Shown: positions 21,384 through 34,063 of the stretch, one piece after another
Layout of the letters: each line of letters begins with the position of its first letter
Numbering within the stretch: position 1 is the first letter of the stretch
Source of the DNA: an uncultured Gemmatimonadales bacterium
Lineage (GTDB): Bacteria; Gemmatimonadota; Gemmatimonadetes; Gemmatimonadales; Gemmatimonadaceae
Assembly: GCA_963793305.1 (NCBI GenBank)
Contig: CAWBZV010000003.1
Location: 384,001 to 448,000, forward strand
Reading direction: 5' to 3'
Length of the DNA stretch: 64,000 nt
Position numbers and translations under genes: made by a program
The notes under the pieces: model-generated
Seen by the model: only the letters and a program-made list of their open reading frames with translations
Databases searched by the model: none
What the model was told of the DNA's origin: nothing

Positions 21384-23063
21384 TCAGTGAGCCTCGATGG
21401 GTAATTCGGCATGTGCCGCATACTCGGTCCAGGACCCGTCGTAGACTCTCACATGCGGGTACGCGAGCAGGTCATGCAGCACAAAATAGATGTGGCTGGA
21501 CTCCAACCCGCCATTACAGTACGCGATGACGTCTTTCTCGGGCGTGACCCCCTGGGCTGCGTATGCCGCGCGCAGCGTGTCCAAATTCTTGAACACGTGC
21601 GATAACCCCGACTCGAGGTCGCCAGCCCAGTAATGGTTGATGGCGCCCGGAATATGCCCGCGCCGCATCTGCGCCCCTGCTTGCCCGGCGTACTGGTCCG
21701 GCGGCCGTGCGTCGACCAGCACCGTGTTCGCCGAGCGATGGACGACGTCATCGAGCGTGGCGCGATCCGGATGGAACTCCGTCGCAGGGAACACACCCGA
21801 GACCGCCGCCGGATACGCGCGCTCGACCGGCCGCTGCTCGAGCTCCCATTGCTGGAATCCGCCGTCCAGCACCGAGACGTGTATCCCGAACCCATCCATG
21901 ATCCACGCCACGTACGTCGCGTCGATGTTGCGCGTGTCACCCGCGCTGTACACGACGACCGGCCGCCCTGGCCGAACCCCGAGTCGCGTATACAGCGCCA
22001 CGTAGCTCTCGCCGGGGAGCAAGAGGTTCGGCACTCCGCCGGCGAACGAGCGGAGTGTCTCCGCGTTCAGGTACACCGCGCCGGGAATGTGGCCGGCGAG
22101 ATACGACGCGATGTCGGTGCGCACGTCGATCACCGTCACCCGTCGGAGAGTCGTCGCCAGGCTCTGCGTCGACATGAGCCCCGCCGGTCCCGTGGGGATC
22201 AACCCCTTCTCTATCTCCTCGTAGATCCGCACCGCGTTCCGTTGCCGGCGCGAGGCCAGCGACACGGGACGCCCCGAGTCCGGCGGCGGCATATGCGCGA
22301 GCACACGGCTCAACGGCGTGTTGTTGTTGACCGCTAAGGTCATCGCGACCTGCGCCGAGTCGAGGTACCTCCGTGTGAGCGAGAGCTGCGCGCCCGGATC
22401 GCGAGCGATGCGACCGTGCCCGGGCACGACGACGCGAGCGCGCAGCGCCGCGAGCCGGTCGGCCGCATCGAGCGCGCCGTACGAGCTGCCGTCGACAACC
22501 ATCGTGACACCGTCCTCGACGACGAGGTCGCCCGCGAAGACCACGCCCGCGTCCGGCAGCCATACCGCGAGATCAGCCACCGTGTGCGCGTCCGGCGGAT
22601 GGATCACATCGACCCGTCGGCCGCCGAGGACGAGCGTCGTGTCGTGCGTGATCGGGATGTCAGGTGTATCCGCGAACGCAAAGCCGGTGAGCTCGCGCAC
22701 GCCGACCACCTGGTCCCACGCCGACACGAGCTCGTCATCCCCGCCTTCGGCCGCGAGCATCGTCCGATCAGGGTGCGCGATGACGCGCGCGCCGAGTCGC
22801 TTGAAGACAATCGCGCCGAACGTGTGATCGGGATGGTGATGCGTCAGGATCAACCAGCGTATCGGCGCTTGCGTCACCGTGCGAATGCCAGCCACCATCC
22901 GCTTCGCCTGATACGGACTGCCGCCGGCGTCGATGACGACCACGCCGCTGTCCGTCACCACGAATCCAGCGTTCGCTCGGCCCTCGGATCCCCGGCCGGT
23001 GTCGCCCGGTATCGCGTAGACGCCGTGCGCGAGTGCGACGATCGGGAAGGCGAGCGCGACTAG
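21384..23063 (-). CDS. SoxH-like MBL metallohydrolase fused to a tandem rhodanese/sulfurtransferase; start uncertain
   Basis: ANAGFVV, VIDAGGS, THHHPDH, FAGDL, VPGHG; then GHIPGA twice, VLDGG, YCNGGLES, VYDGSWTEY. Confidence 0.85.
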   Translation of the reverse strand, partial: LVALAFPIVALAHGVYAIPGDTGRGSEGRANAGFVVTDSGVVVIDAGGSPYQAKRMVAGIRTVTQAPIRWLILTHHHPDHTFGAIVFKRLGARVIAHPDRTMLAAEGGDDELVSAWDQVVGVRELTGFAFADTPDIPITHDTTLVLGGRRVDVIHPPDAHTVADLAVWLPDAGVVFAGDLVVEDGVTMVVDGSSYGALDAADRLAALRARVVVPGHGRIARDPGAQLSLTRRYLDSAQVAMTLAVNNNTPLSRVLAHMPPPDSGRPVSLASRRQRNAVRIYEEIEKGLIPTGPAGLMSTQSLATTLRRVTVIDVRTDIASYLAGHIPGAVYLNAETLRSFAGGVPNLLLPGESYVALYTRLGVRPGRPVVVYSAGDTRNIDATYVAWIMDGFGIHVSVLDGGFQQWELEQRPVERAYPAAVSGVFPATEFHPDRATLDDVVHRSANTVLVDARPPDQYAGQAGAQMRRGHIPGAINHYWAGDLESGLSHVFKNLDTLRAAYAAQGVTPEKDVIAYCNGGLESSHIYFVLHDLLAYPHVRVYDGSWTEYAAHAELPIEAH

Positions 23064-23386
23064 CTGAATCGCACGTCCACCGTCTGGTGGTATACGCCAC
23101 CCTTGTTGTCTTTCCAGGTGACGGTCACTGGCGCTTCTCGCGTGGCCTTGAGCGGGAACGTCACGGACGGGTCCCGGCTCACGCCCAACGTCCACTCGAA
23201 ATGCGCGATCTGCTGATCGCCATACATCACGGTAACGTCATTGATAAAGAACGCCGGGATCGGCTGACCTTCCGCCGTGCGAAAGAATCCCGTGTCCATT
23301 GGATGCTCGATGATGGCGCGCACGTAGATGACGTCACCGTTCGTGACCGACGCTGGGAGCAGCACGCGCGCGTCGCCGGTGGCCAT
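23060..23386 (-). CDS. soxZ: SoxZ-like protein
   Basis: IEHPMDTG, IPAFFI, VSRDP, WKDNKG; its ATG overlaps the soxY TGA. Confidence 0.85.
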   Translation of the reverse strand: MATGDARVLLPASVTNGDVIYVRAIIEHPMDTGFFRTAEGQPIPAFFINDVTVMYGDQQIAHFEWTLGVSRDPSVTFPLKATREAPVTVTWKDNKGGVYHQTVDVRFS

Positions 23387-23815
23387 CAGCCGCAACCGTT
23401 CAGGGTCACGAACACTTTCTTGGCCGAGACATATAACTCGCCGGTATTCATCTCGGCGATTGCCCGAACGTACGATGTGCGCCGCATCTCTGATGCGCGT
23501 GTCGATCGACGGGACGCCCCAGAATCCCGCGACATAGATATCAGGATTGTGGTCGACGATCACGTGGAACGCCTGCACGTGGTGATCTGGCGTCTGTGGC
23601 AGATCCGTCTCGAGAAAGATCGGCACGAACCGACCGTCAGGCGCGTTCTCGGGAATGTCGAACTGGACGTGCGCTTTCGTGAGCGTGCGGTCGCCGAAAC
23701 GCGCCTTCAACACGCGCTTGACGTCCTCCGTCATCTCGTCATCGTCCGGCCCATGGCCGAGCATGAGCCCGGCTACGCTCGACCCAGTTAAGGCCAGAAA
23801 GGCGCGACGGTCCAT
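23386..23815 (-). CDS. soxY: SoxY-like thiol carrier with Tat signal (apparent +1 frameshift near 23490)
   Basis: MDRRAFL; IPENAPDG..VPI; NP; the corrected frame ends TRIKMRRTSYVRAIAEMNTGELYVSAKKVFVTLNGCG*. Confidence 0.82.
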
Positions 23816-23893
23816 GAAATACAAGCTAAGGGCGCGGGACTTGCGCCACAAAGTGCCGGTCAACTCATCCATTAAGAAACGGAGACCGAGATC

Positions 23894-24178
23894 ATGAGAC
23901 TTACGCCCTTTGCCGTCGTCGCCCTTGTCCTCGCGGTTGCTTGCAGTGGCAACAAAGACAACGCGGCGAATCAGCCGGCGACGACTACGGATACGAGCGC
24001 GGGCGCGATGAGTCCGAGTACGACTCCGCCGGCGTCGCCGAGCACGCCAGCCGCGTCGACTCCGGCCACGCCTGACACGACGCAGATGGCGGCGCCGGCG
24101 CCAACGCCGGACACGAGCATGAAGAAAATGTCAGGGAAGAAGCACAAGAAGTCGGGCTCCGACACAACTATGCACTAG
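23894..24178 (+). CDS. Small low-complexity lipoprotein
   Basis: GGAG RBS, lipobox AVAC, T/P/A/S-rich body, Lys-rich tail. Confidence 0.7.
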   Translation: MRLTPFAVVALVLAVACSGNKDNAANQPATTTDTSAGAMSPSTTPPASPSTPAASTPATPDTTQMAAPAPTPDTSMKKMSGKKHKKSGSDTTMH

Positions 24179-24202
24179 CACTTCCCCGGTCGCGGCGACC
24201 GC

Positions 24203-24862
24203 TTACGGTTGTTGGTCGCCGCCGCCCCCGACTTGTTGCGGAGCACGCTCATATCCCGGCTTCATAGCCGGAGTGAGATTGCCGGGTTTCTGCTTGGCGA
24301 CTTGCGTATTGGAATCAGGCGGCGCGGTCGATGCGATCGCGTCCGGCGGTAGGTACTCGGCCGGATAGTAGAACCGAAACGACCGCTTGTCGCACTGAAT
24401 GACGCCAAACGCATCACGCCGGCGCACCAGCTTCTCATAGTCGTCCCGACTCGGCTGACAACTATACGCGTTGAGCCCGCCGAGCTTGCACGTCTCGACG
24501 TCGTCGCCCATGCAGGTCGTGGGCGTATGAACGTGGAGCTCCGGACTCCCAGAGGGGCACTCGAAGTCCGCGGAGATCGGTGTCGCGCTCGTGACGTCGA
24601 CATTCTTGATGGCGAACACACGAAACACCGTGTCGTCCTGAATCGGCGGCGTCTTCGACACGTGATACACACCGTACGACCAGTCGACGACGCAGTACGC
24701 GCGCTCGACTTGCTTGGGGTTCATGTCATCCCACGCAGCGAACAGCTGCTTGCGCGGTCCGTCCATGACGACGCCAAGTCGCACCGCCTGTGCTCTCAAG
24801 GTCGTGGTCACGCAGACGGCGGCAAGCAGCGCGACCACCCCCGACCCCCCCGTACGTGTCAT
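24203..24862 (-). CDS. Exported hypothetical protein with JAB/MPN-like motif
   Basis: Signal peptide; VERAYC...LHVHTP...QPSRDD. Confidence 0.6.
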   Translation of the reverse strand: MTRTGGSGVVALLAAVCVTTTLRAQAVRLGVVMDGPRKQLFAAWDDMNPKQVERAYCVVDWSYGVYHVSKTPPIQDDTVFRVFAIKNVDVTSATPISADFECPSGSPELHVHTPTTCMGDDVETCKLGGLNAYSCQPSRDDYEKLVRRRDAFGVIQCDKRSFRFYYPAEYLPPDAIASTAPPDSNTQVAKQKPGNLTPAMKPGYERAPQQVGGGGDQQP

Positions 24863-24874
24863 TACCCGTTCCCC

Positions 24875-25528
24875 TCAGAAAGCTTCGTGCCGAGGTTCGT
24901 GGAGCGCGGTGGCTACCAGGGCTCCGTCGCATCCGAGATCGGTCAGGCGCGCGATGTCGCTCCTGTCCCGTACGCCTCCCCCCACGACGAGTTCCACTCC
25001 TAAGGTCGACGCTCGGACTGCCTGGACCGTTACCCAGTCGAGCCCAGCCATTGACCCAACGCGGGCCAGATCCAGCAGTATGACCGCCGTCGCTCCTTCG
25101 CTCACCGCCCTCGTCGCCAGATCCGCCGGCTTCTCACCTCCGGCCAGTGGCCGGCCAGCCCGAAGATCGAGACTGAATGCCGCCCCTGACACCTCCTCCC
25201 AGGATCTCATAGTCTCCAGCCCGACTATCGGTCGGACATTGGGCGCCACTCGAAGCGTAGGGCGACCTGCGTCCAACCAGACGGGTGCACCGAGCGCAGC
25301 GAGGTGCCCGATAACAGGAGACAAAGGCGCGCCGGCAATGGCATCCAGATCAGCCACATATATTTCCGGCACCGGATACCGCAGGTACGCCCGCGCCAGG
25401 GCGACCGGATCGCCTTCCTCTCCAGCCCCGAGGAGCGCCGATCGCACGGGCGCATAAGCGTCCCGCTTCCCGCCCCGGGCGTGCACGGCGCGGCCACCCG
25501 CGAGGTCGATCACACCAATGAGTCGCAT
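24875..25528 (-). CDS. HisA/HisF-related TIM barrel of H4MPT clusters (Orf17-like)
   Basis: IGVIDL.GG.AVHA.GG.R..Y.P, YVADLDAI, LDLARVGS, GGGVR, LVATALH. Confidence 0.85.
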   Translation of the reverse strand: MRLIGVIDLAGGRAVHARGGKRDAYAPVRSALLGAGEEGDPVALARAYLRYPVPEIYVADLDAIAGAPLSPVIGHLAALGAPVWLDAGRPTLRVAPNVRPIVGLETMRSWEEVSGAAFSLDLRAGRPLAGGEKPADLATRAVSEGATAVILLDLARVGSMAGLDWVTVQAVRASTLGVELVVGGGVRDRSDIARLTDLGCDGALVATALHEPRHEAF

Positions 25529-26535
25529 AGTTATCGGGTGGGACATCGGAGGCGTGAACACCAAGGTCTCCCGGGTAAACGCCGAGACCGGTGTCGTCGC
25601 CGTCCGCTCCCGCCCGTATGAAATACAACGGGACCTCAACGCGCTCCCAGGGCTTCTGACCGCCCTCGCCAGCGAGGTCGGCGGCACCCCGGACGATGCG
25701 CACGCCGTCACCATGACGGCCGAGCTGTCGCAGGCCTTCCGGACCAAGCGCGAAGGGGTCGCTTTTGTATTGGATGGCCTCGCAGCCGCCTTCCCCGGCT
25801 CCCGCATCGCGGTGTTCACGACCGACGGCCGCTGGCTGACCGTCGAGTCCGCGCGCGAGGAACCGCTCGCGGTCGCCGCCGCGAACTGGGTTGCCGCCGC
25901 CCACGTCGTGGCTGCCCACGTCCGCGACGCCATTCTCGTCGACATCGGCTCGACCACCACCGACATCATCCCGGTCGACAACGGCCGGGTTGCCGCGATC
26001 GGCCGCACCGACCCCACCCGACTCCTCTCTGGCGAGCTTCTCTACCTCGGCGCCGTCCGCACACCAGTCGAAGCGATCGTCCACTCCGTGCCCCTCGGCA
26101 CCGGGTGGGCCGGCGTCAGCGCCGAGGGGTTTGCGCTCGCTGGCGATGTCCACATTCTGGAATGGTCGCCTCTTGAGCGAGCAGTACACCGCGCCCACGC
26201 CCGACGGCAGGGCGGCTACCCGACCGTACGCCGGCGAGCGTCTCGCACGTGTCGTCTGCGCCGATCGCGAGATGCTCGATACCGCGGCACTCGACGCCAT
26301 CGCGGCCTACGTCGCCGACGCGCAGATCGCGCGGACGGCCGAGGCCATTCGACGCGTGCGGGAGCGGCACCCGAACATCGAGATCGGAGTCGTGGCGGGA
26401 CTCGGCAGCTTCATCGCCGACGCCGCCTGCCAGCGTGCCGGTCTGCGTGTCATGCCACTGGCCGAGCTCCTTGGCGCTGCCGCCGCCGAGTGCGCGCCCG
26501 CGGCCGCCGTCGCCCTGCTGCTCGCCCGCGCGTGA
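25518..26535 (+). CDS. Hydantoinase-family methanofuran/methylofuran synthesis protein (Orf9/MfnF-like); frameshift near 26157
   Basis: GWDIGGVNTK, VTMTAEL, AAANW, DIGSTTTDIIP, RTPV; then TPDGR, RLARVVCAD, CAPAAAVA. Confidence 0.88.
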
Positions 26536-27074
26536 TCCATACCGTCGTCAAAGTCGGCGGTGCGGCGCTCGGCCGCGATCTCACCCCGTTGGCTGGGCTG
26601 GGGCCAGGTGTATTGGTTGTGCCGGGCGGTGGACCCTTCGCGGACACGGTCCGCGCGGTCGATGCCCGCCACGACCTGGGAGACGATGCCGCGCACTGGG
26701 CTGCCATCCTGGCTATGGACCAATACGCCTACGCACTCGCTGCGCTCGTGCATGGCGCCCGCATCGTGCGCGTACCGAGCGAGGCCGGGTCTCGGGACTT
26801 GGCTGTACTGGCACCCTACGACTGGCTGCACCTGGCCGACCCGCTCCCCCATTCCTGGGATGTGACGAGCGACAGCATTGCTGCCTGGGTGGCGGGAGAG
26901 ATAGGTGCAACGAGACTGCTGCTAGTCAAACCGGTGAGCGATGGCGGTGTAGATAAGTACTTCGAGTGCGTACGAGCGGCCCTGGATGTACGGGTCCTCG
27001 CCGTCGACGCCATAGACACGATACAAACGGTGCTCGCCGAGCCAGCGGCCTGGGCACATCTTTCATCCCCGTGA
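26532..27074 (+). CDS. Amino-acid-kinase-family protein (Orf21/MfnE-like)
   Basis: VVKVGG, VPGGGPFAD, AAHW.AI.AM, LPHSWDVTSDSIAAW, VDKYF. Confidence 0.88.
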   Translation: MIHTVVKVGGAALGRDLTPLAGLGPGVLVVPGGGPFADTVRAVDARHDLGDDAAHWAAILAMDQYAYALAALVHGARIVRVPSEAGSRDLAVLAPYDWLHLADPLPHSWDVTSDSIAAWVAGEIGATRLLLVKPVSDGGVDKYFECVRAALDVRVLAVDAIDTIQTVLAEPAAWAHLSSP

Positions 27075-29716
27075 GCTCCGACTCGGTCCGCGACAGTCTC
27101 CAGGCCACGCTCGGCACCGCCTACCGCCTCGACCGCGAGCTCGGCGGTGGCGGGATGTCGCGCGTGTTCGTGGCGGAAGAGACCGTCCTCAGTCGCACCG
27201 TCGTCATCAAGCTGTTGTCGCCCGAGCTAGCCGAGGGCCTCAACGTCGAACGTTTCCGGCGCGAGATCCAGGTCGCGGCGCGCCTGTCGCATCCGCATAT
27301 CGTACCGCTGCTGACGGCAGGCGAGTCCGGTCGACTCCCGTACTTCACGATGCCGTTTATCGACGGCGAGTCCCTGCGCTCCCGCCTGACGAAGGGCGGC
27401 GAGCTGCCCATAGGCGAAGCAGTCCGGGTGCTACGCGAAGTCGCCTCGGCCCTGGCGTATGCCCACGCCGCCGGCGTCGTCCATCGCGACATCAAGCCCG
27501 AGAACGTGCTGGTCTCCGGCGGCGCCGCGATGGTCACGGACTTCGGCGTCGCCAAAGCCTTGAAGGACGCCGCCAATTCCGGCGGCGCCCAACTCACGCA
27601 GTTCGGGGTAGCGCTCGGCACCCCGGCGTATATGGCGCCGGAACAGGCCGCGGCCGACCCGACGACCGACCAGCGCGCCGATATCTATGCCTTCGGCGCC
27701 ATGGCCTACGAGCTCCTCACGGGCTCCACGCCCTTCGCCGGCCGCCCGGCGCAGGCGATGCTGGCCGCGCATGCGGTCGAGGCCCCAGAGCCGATCTCGC
27801 GTCGCCGCCACGCGGTCCCCGAGGCGCTTGCCGCGCTCATCATGCGGTGCCTGGAAAAGCGCCCGGCCGATCGCCCGCAAACGGCCGACGAGGTCATGCG
27901 CGCGCTCGACAGCGTCCAGACGTTCGAGCGGCGGATGGACGCCGACGACCGGCGTTCCCGCGTCGCGCCCCAGGGGCCGGCGTCGGATCGTGCTCACGTT
28001 CGCCGCGATCCTCATCGCGATCGCCATCTGGGTTCCGCTCATGCAGCGGCACCTGGGCGCTCGTCCCGCCAGCGGGCCGGTGATGCTCGCCGTCCTGCCG
28101 TTCGAGAACGAGGGCCCGGCGCCCGATGCGTATTTCGCGGACGGACTCACCGAGGCGATCACCAACCGGTTGGCGTCGCTCCACAACCTCGGCGTGATCG
28201 ATCGGCGCAGCGCGGAGCAGTACCGAACGACGACCAAGACGCCGAAGCAAATCGGCCGCGAGCTCGGCGTGCAGTACATCCTCGAGGGCACGGTTCGCTG
28301 GGCCACGGACGAGAAGGGTGCGCGCAAAGTGCAGATCTCGCCGGCGCTCGTGACGGTCTCGGACCTCACGACCAAACCCGCGGGTGGTCCCTATCTCGTC
28401 GTGCCATCCGACGTGTTTCAGGTGCAGACCGATGTCGCCACGAAGGTCGCCGACGCGCTCGACATCACGCTGACTGGCGCCGACCAGCAGGCGCTGACTA
28501 ACCGCCCGACGCAGGACCCCGAGGCGTGGGCGGCGTTCAATCGCGCCGAGCACGCGTTCAAGCAAGTGCACGATCTCTCGTCATTCAACGACCTCCAAAC
28601 CGCGATCGCGCAGTACGAGCTCGCGGTCACCCGCGATCCAAAGTTCGCGACCGCCTGGGCGCGACTGGCGTTCGCGCGGATGGTCTGGTCGTTGTACAAC
28701 TCGGCCGACACGTCGCGCTTGGCGAGCGCGAAGCGCGCGCTCGATACGGCGGCGATCCTCTCGCCCGACCTGCCCGAGATGCACCAATCGCGCGCGTTCT
28801 ATCTGGGGTTCTTTCAGCACAATACCGACGCGTCCTATGAGGAGCTGGTCCGCGCGCAAGCCGGCCGGCCGAATGACGCTGACCTCTCGGCTCAACTCGC
28901 CACGGCCGAGGTCGTCCGGGGCCGGATCGACGAAGGCTTCGCGAACCTCGCCAAAGCCGTGCGGCTCGATCCGCGATCGACCGACGCGCTCTCGGCCGCG
29001 ACGGCCCTGACGTACGCCTATCGCCGCTACGCCGAATCGGAGTCCTACGCGGACCGGTGGATCGCGATCGACTCCCTGTCGAATGCCGCGTACGACTGGA
29101 AACTGAACGATGAGCTCGACGGTCGCGGCGACACGGCGGCAGCCGGGCGAACGATGGACGCCGTGTTCGCGCACGGGGTGCACGTGGGCCCGGCCCTCGC
29201 CGGACAGCTGTCGCTCCTTGCTCCCACCTATCGTGCGCGGCTCGAGCGCATGTCGATCGCCGACATTGGTGCGACGCAGACGTTCGATTCGTTGAACTAC
29301 TATCTGGCCAAGCACAACGTGTACCTGCGCGACCAGCCCGCCGTCGCGCGGGCGTACGGCGACTCGCTGCTGCACGCGGTCGCACGGTCGACGACGCTGG
29401 CCGGTCCGCTCGCCTGGCACAAGACCGCGCTCCTGGCGCTCGCGTACGCCCAGACCGGCGACCGGGCGCAGGCCATGCGCGAGCTGGCGCAGGTGCACGC
29501 CGAGATGGCGGCGGCCAAAGGACTCGTGCTCAACGATTCGGCGCAGCGGTACCAGGACATTGCCGCCACCTTCGGCGCACTGGGTGACGCCGACTCGGCC
29601 GCCGCATACGTGACGGAACTCTTCCGGTTGCCGGGCGGATTCTCAAAATTCACGGTGCGACTCGATCCGACGTTCGACCCCGTGCGGAACTCCCCGGCCT
29701 TCCAACGGTTGCTGCA

Positions 29717-29720
<4 letters not shown>
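27071..29720 (+). CDS. Hanks-type Ser/Thr kinase-TM-TolB-N-like/TPR protein (frameshift near 27924)
   Basis: ELGGGGMS, HRDIKPEN, DFG, GTPAYMAPE; TM; LAVLPFEN; TPR-like helices. Confidence 0.9.
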
Positions 29721-32359
<2,639 letters not shown>

Positions 32360-32948
32360 CTCCAGCCAGCGTCCGCACTCTCTCTGCACTGACTCGACCA
32401 CTCCTTCCACCTTCACACGCCGCGCCGCGTACGCCGGCGATGTCGGCTCCGAGCGCGGCGGCTCTCGGTAGATCGTCGGCTGTCAGTCGGCCCGCGAGCG
32501 CCACCAGGAGCCCCGCTGCGTGCGCGGTCTCGACCCAACGCGCGATCGTGTCTTCGCTCAGCAGACGAAACAACCCTGGACCGTTCTTGTCGCTCGTGTC
32601 GAGTAGCACGCCCTGTGCGCCGCATCTCGCCGCCGCCCCGATGACGTCCTCCCATTGGCGATCGGCATACGCTGCCAAAACTATGGCGCATCCTGGGATC
32701 TCGCGCGGCGTCGTGAGCTTCACGAAGGCGACGCCGGCGATCGAACCGTCACCCTCGGCGGCGCTCACCGGTCGTCGTCCCGCAACGGTCCCGATGATGG
32801 CGGCGAGCGTCGCCAGGCTCACGGGCCCGAGCGGCCCACGCGAGGGGTCTTTGGCGTCGATGATATCGGCGCCGCCTGTGACCGCCGCGGCCGCATCCAT
32901 GGCGTCAGCCACACTCACCAATAGCTGCATGCTAGGTTACACCAACAT

Positions 32949-33704
32949 ATGCCGCTGACCGATCGCGTGGTACTCGTGACCGGCGCGTCGAGCGGGATCG
33001 GCCGGGCGCTCGCGCTCGCCTGCGCGCGCGAGGGCGCCGACCTCGTGATCACCTACCGGCGCGAGCGCGCGAAGGCCGAGGCGGTTGCCGACGTGATCCG
33101 TTCGGTGGGGCGCCGGGTGTGCGTGCTGCCGCTCGATCTCGCCGACCCGGTGTCGATCGCGCGATTGGCGTCGGCCGCGCGCGAGGCGTTCGGCCGCGTG
33201 GACGCGTGGATCAACAATGCCGGCGCCGATATCCTGACCGGTCCCGGAGCCAGTTTGTCGTTGCACGATAAACTGGATCAATTACTCACCGTCGATCTCA
33301 AAGGAACGATCTTGGCGTCCTGGGTGGCGGCCGACTTGATGGCTGCGCAGGACTCCGGCGGTGTGATCATCAACATGAGCTGGGATCACGTGCTCACGGG
33401 AATGGAAGGCAAGAATCCCGAGATGTTCGCGGCCGCCAAAGGTGGGATCTTGAGCTTCAGCAGATCATTGGCGCGGTCAGTCGCGCCACGTGTGCGCGTG
33501 AATATTCTGGCGCCTGGATGGATCGACACCGCGTTTGCTGGTGGACTGGATGTCGAGCGCCGTCAGCAGGTAATTGACACAACACCCATGCGCCGCTGGG
33601 GAACGCCGGAGGATGTCGCGGGAGCGGCAGTATATCTCGCGTCGCCTGCCGCGGCATTTCTGACGGGGCAGACAATACTCATCAATGGGGGAGTAGTCAT
33701 GTGA
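32949..33704 (+). CDS. SDR oxidoreductase, atypical (FxxxK in place of YxxxK)
   Basis: TGASSGIG, NNAG, EMFAAAK, VN..APG, RWGTPEDVA. Confidence 0.9.
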   Translation: MPLTDRVVLVTGASSGIGRALALACAREGADLVITYRRERAKAEAVADVIRSVGRRVCVLPLDLADPVSIARLASAAREAFGRVDAWINNAGADILTGPGASLSLHDKLDQLLTVDLKGTILASWVAADLMAAQDSGGVIINMSWDHVLTGMEGKNPEMFAAAKGGILSFSRSLARSVAPRVRVNILAPGWIDTAFAGGLDVERRQQVIDTTPMRRWGTPEDVAGAAVYLASPAAAFLTGQTILINGGVVM

Positions 33705-34063
33705 CGAAGAAAGAACCGACATTCACCGACGAAGAGATCGCGAGCCAGTTGGAGCATCTCCCGGGATGGTTTTTCGAGGACGGCTGGATCCGTCGCTACT
33801 ACAAGACGGACGGCTGGAGATCGACGCTGATGCTCGTCAACACGATCGCGTTCCTGGCCGAGGCGGCGAACCATCATCCCGATTTGAGCGTGACGTGGGC
33901 GAGGGTCGGCGTGAAGCTCCAAACGCACTCCGCGGGCGGGATCACGGGGAAAGACATGGATCTCGCCAAGAAGATCGAAGAGGTCGCGCTGTGGCGTCCC
34001 GCGGCCGGCGGCGCGCTGGAGGGCACGCCGAGCAAGTGGGTGCAAAGTGGGGAGCGGCGATAG
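33701..34063 (+). CDS. Pterin-4a-carbinolamine dehydratase
   Basis: AE..NHHPD, LQTHSAGGIT..D..LA. Confidence 0.92.
   Translation: MTKKEPTFTDEEIASQLEHLPGWFFEDGWIRRYYKTDGWRSTLMLVNTIAFLAEAANHHPDLSVTWARVGVKLQTHSAGGITGKDMDLAKKIEEVALWRPAAGGALEGTPSKWVQSGERR

Noticed and set aside
21384..23815. Thiosulfate-oxidising Sox pathway
   Set aside because: No soxA, X, B, C or D in the window and the context is quinoprotein genes; cannot be excluded genome-wide.
23060..23872. Natural SoxY-SoxZ fusion (270-aa ORF)
   Set aside because: The linker is out-of-frame text; the alternative frame gives a proper SoxY end (VTLNGCG*) overlapping the soxZ ATG.
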